A stretch of DNA of 64,000 nt, from contig JAQGDQ010001074.1 in assembly GCA_030141605.1 (NCBI GenBank), positions 1-64,000 on the forward strand, given 5' to 3'. A model generated the notes under the pieces. It was given only the letters and a program-made list of their open reading frames with translations, was not told the origin of the DNA and made no database searches. The first letter of the stretch is position 1; every line of letters begins with the position of its first letter. Positions 25,801 to 38,315 of this stretch are shown in pieces. This DNA comes from Tubiluchus corallicola. Lineage: Eukaryota; Animalia; Priapulida. The position numbers and the translations under genes were made by a program.

Positions 25801-28800
25801 CGACTATGATTATTATACTGGTGCGAAGGCGGACAAGAGGTCCAGAGTTAAAATCTGGATCAGTCAAAGCAGACAAATATTGTAGAATAAGAAAATAGAC
25901 AAGAAATATAAAAATTCAAACAGAAAATTAAGGTTAAAACTAGCCAGAATCTTTTCCTGCGTTCCTCATGCTGATCATGACTATAGAACAGGAGCTGAGG
26001 TGGTAAACGCGCCTGTCCCTCTGCCGACTGAACGGAGAGGCCATGCCATACCAGCTACTTATAGCTACTATGCAGTGCTGAAACGCAAGGGCTTCTTAAT
26101 GGATCGAACCATCACAGTGTAGAAGGAGGGTCGAAAATAAAAGGCATTTCACCAAAGGCATTTCAACCCCGTAACAATACCTTCTCAACATTATAACCTT
26201 TCATTTCAGAGTATTCTCCGCTACATGCTTGAAAATGTTAATGACAAGAACGAAGGTGATTACGATGAAGACGGCGGTAATGACGACGATGACAAAAAAT
26301 ACGCAGGCAATGGCAGCACAACAAAGCCAAGTACTACAGTAAGACGCAAGAGATCGCCTGGACACCGAAGGTGCAATGACAACAGGAGAAGTAATCCCCG
26401 GCGCAATCCTAGAAACCAATCTAATAATTGTAAGTAAACTGTAATTAATTGTCACCGTCGTTTTAAAATTTAAATCCTCATCGTGCTTTCAAAACAATTT
26501 TTATGATGACAATCATCCCGCTGTTACATTCCAGGCAATAGCAGATGGAGGCTGCCTTATTTTGACGCTCATTTTATGTCTCATTTCGATGTCGGGTGCG
26601 AACCCGTTAACGCCGGGATTTTTCGGGTTATGTTGCACTCGAACAAGGCTCACTGGTAGTCTTCCAAGGTCAGCGTAGACCGAGATTATTAATATAGATG
26701 CCGTAACCATCTCTCTCTCCTGCGCCATTGGACATTGGACCATTCTTGTTTTTCTCCAATTCGTGTTCCCCAAAGCATTGGACCCTTGAATTGCACAAAG
26801 TTGTTCAAAAAGCTTATTCACGAGGAATGAATTCTATTATTCTGATATATGTTAAAAGCTGTGTTTAATTATTTTAACGTTACAAACATTTTTTCCGGTT
26901 TTGCAGTTTTTGTTTGTGCAAGTAGTACGAAAATTCTATTCACCTGTGGCATTAATACATTTTGGCAAACGATGTATCTTTTTTGCCAGATTTTATTTAC
27001 ATATCGAAACTGATCTATTATGTTACCTTCTATTAATGATTATAATTGTGAAATTTCAACTTCGTAGATCACTTTGGACTAATTTAGTGTAGTACAAACT
27101 TTGGCGCCACGTAATTAATGTTAATGACGCCATAATCATCATTATCACCACCAACGCCATGGCGATTAATATAACAGATTAATTCCCATCTTTCTTTTTG
27201 TAGTTCATGTTGGTAATGTTGCAGCACATTTCTACAACGTCTACGCAAAAATTGCTTACAGCAAAGATTCTCAGGTTATAAATCTAGGAACAAGAAGTAA
27301 GTAAAGCATGTCACAATGTTATTTTTATAAAACATTGGCAAACTAAATGTTTGTAAAACTGTTCTTTACAGTTTTTGGGATGAGTTCCTGCACGCTTCTG
27401 TATTGTTGGTTATATTTTGTGTGCATGCTGCAGTCGAGGATTCCAATATGCTGTTTCACAGTGCAAGGGAGCATGGTTTAGTTCAAAATGACAATGTGGA
27501 ATCACTAAGAAATGGCTATGAGCCAGTTGAGACAGTCTCGAAAAGTAGGCATGCTTTATAGCCTATTATAATCTGTAGTTTGTGCCACGTGTAGAATGTT
27601 CCCATTCTTTCCTTTTCTTTCTCTCTCTCTCTCTCTTTCGATCTTTCTCTTTCTCTCTCTATTACCTCTCTGTTTCTGTTCCCTTTCCCTGTTTCTTTTT
27701 TCCCTTTAATCTTCTTGGCTAGTTTTCCATTTGGTTGAATTGGTTATTTTGCGTTGTTAAGTTTTTTCGCGTTCTGAGCATGAACAGCTTGTAATTTTGC
27801 AATCTTTAAAAATTTATGTGGTGCATGTGGTGCTGTAAAATTATCATTCAGTTAGATTTTTTTCTTTTCAGCTGTTTGTAACAATTGTGACACTTATATA
27901 AATATAATGAAACAATTATACCATTATGCATATTTTACCGGCGTTTTTGACGTTATAATCGAAATCATCTGTATTTTTGTGACTGCCATTGGTTCCTATA
28001 TCTTCCCTGACTTGTTCAGCTCAACAAGAGTTTGACTCTTTTCCAAATTTTAGCTGCGTGAATTACAGCTAGCCAGTAGTTGTCGACATAAGCGCAAAAG
28101 CACAACTACTTACACATTACCTGTCCAAAATTAGCAATTACTGTGATGTAAAACACGATGATTTTTTTCATCACAAACTTAAAGATGTAAGAAATTTGTG
28201 TGCATTATACAGCAAAAATAAGAACTGAAGGCCTTTCATATATTCACAATTATGTTCAACGAGTACCTCTAGTTTGAAGATGACCGGATGTTTGATCGCT
28301 GAAGCCAGAGTTTCATACGGCCGCGACTTTTTTGCGATGATCGAATCCAACTGTCGCCAAAATTTATTTTATTTATTTAAAGTTTATTTCAGCAGAGAGA
28401 AAATGCTATAAAAACGTTAAAAGTTTACACTAAGAAACTAAGGAACACTACATGGCATGCATAATTAAAAGATCTACAAATGTATACAAAAATATAGTAA
28501 AAAATATATACAGAATTTAAAATTACAAAGCATCAGTTAAAAACCAGTGGTTATAACATCAATAAATCAAACCACTTCCGAAATATTCTACAAAAAATCA
28601 TACTTCAGTTTGATATTGGGTAACATATAACCTATTACAGCATGTGTTGTTATAGAACAAAAAATAGCGTAGCTTTCACATTTTTCAAAAACAACAGTTA
28701 AATTCATTTTTCAAAAACAACAGTTAAATTTTGTTAATAACTTAGTAGATCAAGCGATTAGCAAACGATTTTGGTTATTTATGTCTAATCATCAGAAAGA

Positions 28801-31800
28801 TCATTAGAAAACACGTGACCAAGCACGCGGAGCACTGTAGCATATGCATTTACTTGTGGTTATTTTTAGCACAAACTTCAACACCGTCAAGACCTACATA
28901 GCCCTGAGCAATACTATTTGATATAAAATATATACCATGCGTTTATAGGCGAGCGACCCCCTCGACCCCCCCCCCCCCCACCCCCCGGATTCGGGCAAAC
29001 ACATTTTTTTCGGGCACTGGCCAAATGACGAAAAAATTAAAAAAATTTTTTCATAAAAAGAAATCTCGAAATTTCTCCATGCCGCCAAATGAAGTGCCAG
29101 AAATTCGGGCGTTTTTTGATCATTGGGTGGGGTGAGGCACCCGACTTGAAGTTCACCTTCACTTTTCCGATGTTTAGGAAATAAGATACGGGTCTTTTTT
29201 CGAGTTGGCGCTGTATTTTTCGGGCAAAAGTGGCTTAGCCCCCCCCCCCGAGAAAAATCAGCACGTACGAATATGAATACGTTTTAGACTGATTGAAAAT
29301 CAAGCCATGTTTACTGGCACACTTTTTTGAATAGATATTTAAGAAACTTTACAATGCCTATATACAAGAAGTTAACATGCACAAGGCATCAGCACATAAA
29401 AAATTATTTATCTAAAGTTGCCATTTCGCATGTAGCAGATCTTAGGTCAAGTAAGTTGTTGATCAGGTGGTCTATGTATATAGCAGTGATGATGATTAGC
29501 CTTTTTTAAAAAGAATGAAACACGTATTTACATAAATGGGCTTCTAGTTGCAGGCAAAGTTTAACAATTATAAGTACATATATATCAATATATGTACATG
29601 ATATGATATAAGTAGTATCCATATGTTGACACATTAAAGATACAATGTTAAATATATGTTATAGCTAATACGACGCTACTAAGATTGTCAAAAATTATAA
29701 AATTATAAACATTCGCTGCTATTAAAATTATTATGCAATATACAAAATCGCTAGAACTGAATTAACCTAGAACTGATAATAATCATTATGATTATAGAGA
29801 AATTAACATCTATGTGAACACATCCATGCCTAGTTTGAGCTAAGGTTTACAATTCTTACACACAAGAAATTAATTCATGAAGCAGATAAGATTGAGGGTT
29901 AGGGTTAGGGTGCAAGTTGGGGTTAGGGTATTTAACTTGTGTGGGAAATTGTAAACTATTTCCCTAGTTTGTATATGAGGTATGTTATTGAAAATTTCAG
30001 AACAGCAATGAAATGAACTAAATGTATGTAGCAAAAAGATAAATAGAAAATGCGGTTGCTTGGCGAACACCATTTGTTATATTAAATGGTTCCAATTAAT
30101 TTGTGTGGGTTTGGCGCATGTTCACACAACTCTGCGACAGTTTGAAGACGTTTCGCGAGTCCGGCGATAAACTTTAAAAAATTTTCAATTCTTTGCCGAA
30201 GCCAGCGACTTTTTGACGACAGCGGCAAACACCCGCAAATGTTTCACGACAATTTAAGGAATTTATTGGGTGCGTATTTGGCGACTGTCTAAATTTTCGG
30301 ATAGTCGCCAAAGTCGCTAAAAAATTTCACGACTATAAATTTGTCCCTTGTCCGTAATCATTTGTGCGAAACTTGTGTTTTCTCACTTATAGTTCGAGAA
30401 GAAGTAAGTGAATAGAATAAACAAAGGACGCAATGTCTTTTCCTGCCTATCATTTACAAGTGCAGTTCTGAGGTGTTTCTTCTGGGAGGTTTTTGATAGA
30501 GGAGGTAAACTATTATATGTTGACAAAAATAAGGAAAACAAATGGCTGTGATTTTCTTATAATAGCGTTGCAATGAAAAATCAAGGCACCTATCGTGTCC
30601 ATTTTATTAGATCGTTTAATTAAATTTAATATGTGAAAATAGGTATATTGCCATATTTTACTGTGACGTTCCTAGAACTGATCGGAACTTGCACGTTTTA
30701 CAGCACGAGTTAATTATTACTCTGTGGGCAAAAGTCTGATTTAACACGATTGGCTTTAATCACTGACCTTGTTTCTATCAGACCGAACATGGCGGCTTAT
30801 TATAGTGCTTAAATTATATAATTACTGTAATTATAACTTCAATATTCTGCGGCTTTGAAGAGACCGCAATAATTTTTCTATTAAAAATTTTGGAATAAGC
30901 GCTATTTTTTCTTGCGGTAGAATGCAAGGTTGAGAAAGGCTGGCGTTGACATGAAACGGAAGAGAGACCTCTTATGATGAAATGAACCCGCAGTTGTTAA
31001 GTTTAGAAATCGAACTTAAATGGAAAGGAGGAAATTGACATTGAGCCTTTATTTGAATCAGTGACTTTTTTATTCACTGCCGATGCCCTGAACACTAAAT
31101 TACCAGCCTGTAGTGAGACAGTGGGTCTTTTTATAGTTTTATTGTTCATTTGCAATTTGGCTGTTCGTAACTCAGCATGAAGAGAGCTTCCATTGACTTT
31201 AAGTAATTAAATGGCATTATCAATCATTAAAATTCGCCGCTGTCTTGGACCTAAGGATGAGAAATAAGTACATCATTAAGCTAAGAGTAAATATGGGAAT
31301 TCTTCGACTCCAGAAGTCTCATAAACCATACGCGCTGCCGAAGGCATACAATTGTATAAAATTGTATAAAATGTATTTGCATAAATGTCACAAATATAGT
31401 TGAAAATATTAAGAAAAATTTCGAAATGAATGATAAACTTTCCAACGCAATGTAAATTTCGCAGCAAAAATATAGGTAAGTGTTAGGGAAAATACAATAC
31501 AAACTGTGCATACTGAGAACGAGAATAAACTTAACTGTAATATAACTATTAGCCAAGTAAAAAACTAGCAAAGAAGAGCTAGTAGAAAGCCACGTAGGCC
31601 AAACTACTCAAAAGGTAAAATCCAAAATGGCCGACATCAGCCGTTTTGCATTTGAAAGTAAAAAGTAACTCGAATCATAAAGGTGACATCAAAAATGAAA
31701 TTCGTGACCCAGAAAGTACCAGAAACCACATACTGCGTAGCAATATAGTCCAGGTCAATGAAAAGATAATTTTCAAAATTGCGCCACGGAGGCCATTTTG

Positions 31801-34800
31801 GATTTCGAGCTCTAACAGAGTTCGCCCATAGATTTGCAAGTGGCTTAAATTTCTTATCTACTTTCTCAGAAGACAAATGCACTGAGAAACAACCTTCACT
31901 TTCCGCGGTCATACACGGAAATACTGAAAATGACCCAACTATAGGTTTAAAGAGAATTTTAGCTAACTTAGTCACTAGATTGTTCAATAAATTTCTCCAC
32001 CCTGATATTTGAAGATACAGTTATATGTTATCTCAAAACGCAGACTAAGTTCACTGTTGTTTATTTCGAATAAAGTTTTCCCAATGATTTGATAGGGTAA
32101 ATGCCGTAACTCTAATATCTAAATTAAACATCCAAATATAACCCTAGAATGTAAAATATATAGTTTCTTATTATATATATATATATTCTTAAATCAGGAA
32201 ATGTTATTAACATGTAACCCCTGTACATCACATAAATTTGCTTCTAGCAATGGAATAAGACCGCCTGTCGGACTGCTCGAGCATCTTCTAATTTATATCA
32301 ATAATCATTTTATTAGCCTTTAACTAAGGTAGGTCACCTGATAAAAATTTAACTAAGGTAGGTCACCTGTTAAAACTTTGAAAGCATTTACAGGGTTGTT
32401 AGGTCAGGCTTATGATATAACACTTCTCATTCTCTCTTATGGCAGCTCTATAAATTAGTTATTAGACGTAAGTAGCTGTTGAGTTAAGAAAGGTTTACGC
32501 AAGATGTTATGTTTATAAGAGTCACACATAAGCCTGACTCGTTGTAGCTCCTCACCTCGCCATTTTCTTTTTTACTGCAAGTCATATGTAAACATTCTGC
32601 AGTTGAATAAAGGATATGCAGCACAAATGAGATTAAGAAAAACTTATCTATCGAAACTGATTTTTCGCGCTGAGCTTTTTTTGGATGTGTAATGATGAAT
32701 TAGTAATACCAGGCTTTTCTGACATGAAGTAATGAAGATGTTGCGAAATTTGTTAATTAACTAAATGTTTTATCATTATGTTTCACTTTCAGTTATTCAA
32801 TGTCACGTCACTGTATTTTTGTATTGCACTTTATAAAATATAAATGTTCCTTGTTGACTAAATATATAAATAATTAATAATAGTCTGTGTACAGCACACT
32901 AATTCTACGCTGTCTTGTACTAATCAACAATATTTGTGCAAATTAAGTTACTGAAAAACATATAAATTCATTCATGTGTTTAAGCTACATAAAATTGCAA
33001 TTGTGTAAAATGTATTATCCATCTGAGAAATAAATAATATATAATAGGGGTATATGTAAAACACAAGGCTTGTTTAATGGAACCGGAAGAAGAGCAAATA
33101 TTAGCTTAACAAGCCATATCTCTCGTAACTGAGTGGTTGAGTGGTTGAAGAGAACTTATGGCCAGACACTGTAATTTCAATTGAGTAAACAATTCTTAAA
33201 ACAATTCTTAAAAACAATTCTTAAAGAAACCGACAAAAGACAAGCGCTTTAAATCTACATTAAAATAGTTGTGCAAAATTGTTAAATTGAAAAAGTGCAC
33301 TTTTTAGCGTTTATTACAAAAATACTGTCATATACCTTTTTGCAAAACCCAGACTTGATAATCAATTGTCGTTTTAGAGGGAATCATTGCCTTTCAGCTT
33401 ATTTATGAAGGTCAAATGTACAATAAGTTTTACATTTATAATCATTATAAAGCAATTCGCCAATCGAAGTTTTTATTATCATTATAAAACAATTCGCCAA
33501 TCGAAATTTATTGTTGTTTATGTATTTTTAAGCACGTGGAAAATTTACGTGACTATATAAAAGTGGAAAGTTTAAGATTTTCATTTTGAGTTTCGAGACA
33601 AGAGGACGCATTATTTTTAAACAATTTCGTGTGAGCTTATTGCTATAATCATATTATCATCTTATAATGCATCACATAATAAATAATAATTCAGCCCACA
33701 AGCTGCATTAATACAATATGTTAAAGTTGTAATATAAGTACTCTTGTTTCGTTTAGTTTTAAAGATACAATTTTGCTGGCAAGTCTTTTTAAAAGTGAAG
33801 ACTTGCAAAACTCTTCTCATTTTCAGAACCCGGCAGGCACCATAGCGGAGCCGTTTCAATAACGTTATTCACTTCATGAATTATATTATAGGAAATTCAA
33901 CAGACTGAAATAATTCAATTTTTATCTACCGCTCATATGTCCGCAATTCACAATAAAATGCCAAATCCTATTCCATTTGTTTACTTGAGTTGCTGAACCA
34001 AGCAAAATTTTGAGCAGTAATGGCAAGTTGGTTCATATCAACAGTCTGTAACGGCTTAGATTTGTGCTGTCTGAAGTGATATCACCTCATCACTTCAGAG
34101 AGGAAGAACAGTCAGTCTGATTGCTGCTTGTCGCATAAAATTTCCGAAGATGGTCATACTCTGCCTACCAATGAATACGAACGTTTTCCAATTACTCTTT
34201 TCTATTGATTGAATTACAGAAAATCATTGCTCTTTAATAGTGTTTAAAAGCTTTCTAATTTCCCAGCTCTCTGTTTATATTACTCACTCTACTCAATATA
34301 AAGTGAATTTTTTGTAAGCATCACATTTTTACTTATATTGCTCAGTCTGTTCAGTGCTGTGAGTAAATTCTGTACTCAAATTAAATTGTAATTTCTGGCC
34401 ATAAGCTCTCTTCTAAGTAACTATTTAGACACGAGAGATATGGTTTGTTAAGCTAGTAAGCCTAATTACAAATGAAATGAGAACTGTATTACCTTTATTA
34501 ACGTCATACACCTGCGTACCTGCTTACGGCCTACTGAAAAACAACGATTACAGAACACAAGCATGGGGTCATGAGACTGCATAAACAAACATGTTGTGAT
34601 AAAGGGTTTGACGTATATATTTTAGCTAAGCTTTTGATTTGAGAGTGCTAGAAGCTATTTTTGTTGTATTGATAGGCACCTAGTTTAATCTTTAGGTACG
34701 AATTTTGAAGAGATAGAACGTTAGGATTTTTATAAAGGTATTTGAACAATGAGACAGCACTAGTTGCTGCATTAGAAATGAGTAATGTTTTAAAATTTTT

Positions 34801-35876
34801 TAAGAAACTTGATTTACTTATTATATGCTGTGTCGTGCATTATATTTTTGCAGTGCTTGACTTCACTGAACTTTGGCATGAATGTCTTATTTTAATGTCT
34901 TTTTTTCCGTTTGGTTTTTCATTTCCTTTCTGTATTTGATTGCTGAGTGACGTGTGTTCATGTGTTTTGTTCGAGTAGAATTACATTTGGTGCAAACAAT
35001 TCTGTAACATCATTACTTTAATTACCAGTTGATTGTGTTAACTTAATTTAAACAGAAAAACGAGTTTAGTAGTTTGCGTGGTATACTTGCTATATTACTT
35101 TTTAGATTAATCAAAAATTTACAAGCATAAACAGGCCAAACTTGCAGTTGAAACTCGGTATATTTAGAGAAAAGTTAAGACAATCATGTCAAAATTTACG
35201 TACAAACGAATTTTTGACTAAACTTCTAAATTCCATGAAAACAATTATGTTCTCTCACTGTATTTAGATCACGTGATCAGATATTGGAAAGCAGCTGATT
35301 GGGTGGACGAGACATCATTCCAAGTAAGCAATGAAACGGGGGAAATCACTGTAACGATTGGAGGTGTTTATTACATCTACGCCCAGGTCTGGCATATTTC
35401 AATTCTAGCATTTAAAACACTACTAATATTAATTAATTTAAATTCTTTACGCAGCCCAAAGCCAATACTACAAGCAAATAAAACGAATGGTTCGGATCTT
35501 AAAGTGTGTTTTAACTACAAATGACATTTTGTGCTTTTTTGCGCTTTTTAAAGATGTTAGTAATAGCATTATGTATTTGTAGCTAATTTTCTACGACAAC
35601 GATGTGTCAAGTAGACATGCTCAGCTGAATTCTGTCGGTTTGTACAGCAGACGGCGCAGTGAACACACAGTCATGGATACGCTTTTGTTGAAATGCACGG
35701 AAAGCTTTGATTTGAGCAACACTACAAAGATGACCAGCTACACCACCTGCTTCTTTGGAGGACTTGCATATCTTCCGTCTCGTTCATCGGTCTTTCTCAA
35801 AAGTTTGTACTCCAACAGATATGTTAAAATAGGAGAAGAGGAGACCTACATTGGCTTAATGAGGGTTATGTCATAG
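22832..35876 (+). CDS. TNF superfamily ligand (Eiger/ectodysplasin-like), type II membrane protein, copy 2, intact
   Basis: Exons 22832-23089, 26210-26429, 27204-27296, 35268-35386, 35583-35876, all GT-AG and phase-consistent (984 nt, 327 aa). TM segment FLLAGICLIFFIASTSVIVF, two RRKR sites, acidic then basic stalk, THD motifs VAAHFY, YWKAADW, GGVYYIYAQL, TCFFGGL, TYIGL. Confidence 0.9.
28303..30335. mobile_element. Interrupted copy of the 2215-2819 MITE family with nested insertions
   Basis: Left end AGCCAGAGTTTCATACGGCCGCGACTTTTTTGCGA at 28303. The right part (CCGGCGATAAACTTTAAA...GCCGAAGCCAGCGAC) resumes near 30110. About 1.7 kb of other DNA lies between, including a poly-C-bearing MITE-like segment at ~28936-29276. 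Confidence 0.55.
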
Positions 35877-38315
35877 AAAAAACGCTGTGGTGGAATTTAA
35901 TTAAACGGAGATATTTATTTTTTTAGTGACAGATATTATATAGATCTGCGTGGTACCACGGACTGATGTTATGTTCGAAATTTCTCAAAAAAGTCACGTT
36001 CAGAAGTATTTGCTATAACTATTGTTCGTTTTTAAACAAGAACATATATTTTATTATAGTCTGTAGATTTTTGTCGATGTATTTACTTATACAGAATGTA
36101 CATAAATAGATTAATATGTAACTTACAAGTATATAACACATTATTTGTATAATATTATAATATCTGTAGAACAACATCGTGTTAAAAACTTCATCCATAC
36201 ACATTTTGCATCAACAACCTTGAGCGTAATCTTTATCTCTTACAGCAAATTAAACTTGTTAAAATAAACACATGAAAATTTTGAAAATACAGTTTCCTTA
36301 TTATTAGGCTCGACCCACATCAACTCTCTTCTCGTTGTTGTTGTTGTCGTTATTCATGCTTTTCTAGACGTTACTTACTTTTAAACTGTCCATCTGAAAA
36401 ATCAAAACAGAAACGTAAACCTGCATGTGTACCAACTACTGTTTGTGTGTACACAATGCACCATCTGAATAATTTATTTTCTTTCATCATTTTCATCATG
36501 TGATGAAGTGGATTAGTCACATATTTTCATCATGTGTTGAACTGGTTCTTATGAGGAAATTGTGACAAGAGGTGCACTTGCCCCAGGTTTTATGGAATTT
36601 CAGTAATTTGTTAAGGAATAAACTACTCAGCCACTTGCATGTTAAAGTCTGCTTAGATTTACTTAAAAACTTATAATTAATGTTACAAGACAGTCTACAG
36701 TTATTCCTGAACGTAAAATGTGGCAGTTAAACCAACCGTTAAGATATACTGCAAATTCGTGTGAACAATTATTATTCTCTAGTGAGTTAATTCCGTGTTT
36801 TTATCTACCTTATTTTAGTTACTAGAGAGATAAAATTATTTGACGGTAATTAAATATATAGTCGGATCCGGTAAATAGAATGTTTCATGAGCGTTTATGT
36901 CTAATTTTGCACTTTTCTATTTTTCACATATAAAACCAATAATTACTATATTCGCCGCTAATGCATAGCAATAAATATATAGTCCACAGAGTCCACACTG
37001 CATAAGTCAGTAGTGCCAAAGTACAGAGGAAAGGCGTTAGACTAACGATACAATGTTATTGCGTTATAATAAACTTATTTTATTGTCCTCGCATTAGTGT
37101 TAAGGCCACCACCTCGATATGAGAGGTGTCAAACACCAGTCAATCTGAGGAGGAAAAATCACAGCAATTTAAACGAACAACTGTGACAGCCACTAATTAG
37201 CAAGATCGAATTTATTGCCCGTCGCTATGCCATTATTTAATTGATTATTTGACTTAACGTAGTCAATTATTTTATGCAGTAATGTGACCTATATGAAGAG
37301 CGAACTCAGCTGATACGCAAATTTGCATTATTTAAATACACATTTTAGCAAAATATATTTATTTATCTTTGAATTTCAATAAAAGTTACATAATTTCACA
37401 GAGCCCGCCTCCTTGTACTGCATTACTGTTAATTAATTATCAGTAATTACTAATTTAAACTCAGCAGAGAGTTTTATGTCTCGGCAACTCAATATCAGGT
37501 TTAAAATGTACAAAAAGGTACGGATTTAAGAGGTCGCTGTCACTGTAGATGTCGTTGTTGTTGTTGTTGCTGCTGCTGCTGTCTTTTATGTTGTTTTTTA
37601 ATTGTCTGTAAGCAAATTTAACTCCGGGATCTTAGGCTATAGTACAACTATGCAAGACAGAACTGTAAAAACAGATAATAGAATTGAAAAAGTTGTAGAG
37701 CCTATAATCCAGGCCTGTTACACTTAGGCCTATTAGGTTTGAAATGACTTTGTTATCCAGCTATTTTTTGTTTACGGTTAGCCATACCATAATTTCGCAG
37801 AATTAATTGATTTAGCTACGAATGCCTCCGAAAATATTAAAAAAACAACTAAATAAATTTAGCCTTTAACTTTCTTCAGCCGATATAATATAAAGAACGT
37901 TTTGTGTCCCATGTTTCAAGCTACCGTGCAATCATTATAGTTGTAAAAATGAATTTTATAGCCAGCTATAAAACGCTAGCTGATTGTCGCAAAAGAGTCG
38001 TTTTTCAACACAAAGGAAAGTGCAACATAAGTCTGATCTTGTGCCACTTTTAACACTTGCCTTACTACTCTAATTTTCTCGGTCACCTGTGCAAAAGTTG
38101 TGCGAGAACAATAATTACTTAATATGCATGTAACTTGAAAGTAATTGGGTGAAAAATGTGTCGTAGTTGAAAACTCACTGACATACAGCCAGAGGAAATT
38201 AATTTCAGCTGACACTTTAATAAAATCATCGTAACTCAAGTGTATAATAGAGAAAAGGTCTAGGTTGTGGTAATACCCATCAGTTTAGTTGAGTATCGAC
38301 AGTAAACAGGTGAAG

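Noticed and set aside
29895-29930. TTAGGG-like repeats
   Set aside because: Only a few imperfect units inside repeat-derived intronic DNA; not a telomeric array.
31615-32040. Overlapping ORFs in a CAAAATGGC-containing segment
   Set aside because: Looks like a non-coding dispersed repeat remnant; no protein motif and no definable ends.
35387-35524. Open frame running into intron 4 of TNF copy 2 after a weak GTCTGG donor
   Set aside because: The equivalent intron in copy 1 stops within a few codons, and retention would truncate the TNF domain; no support for a functional isoform.
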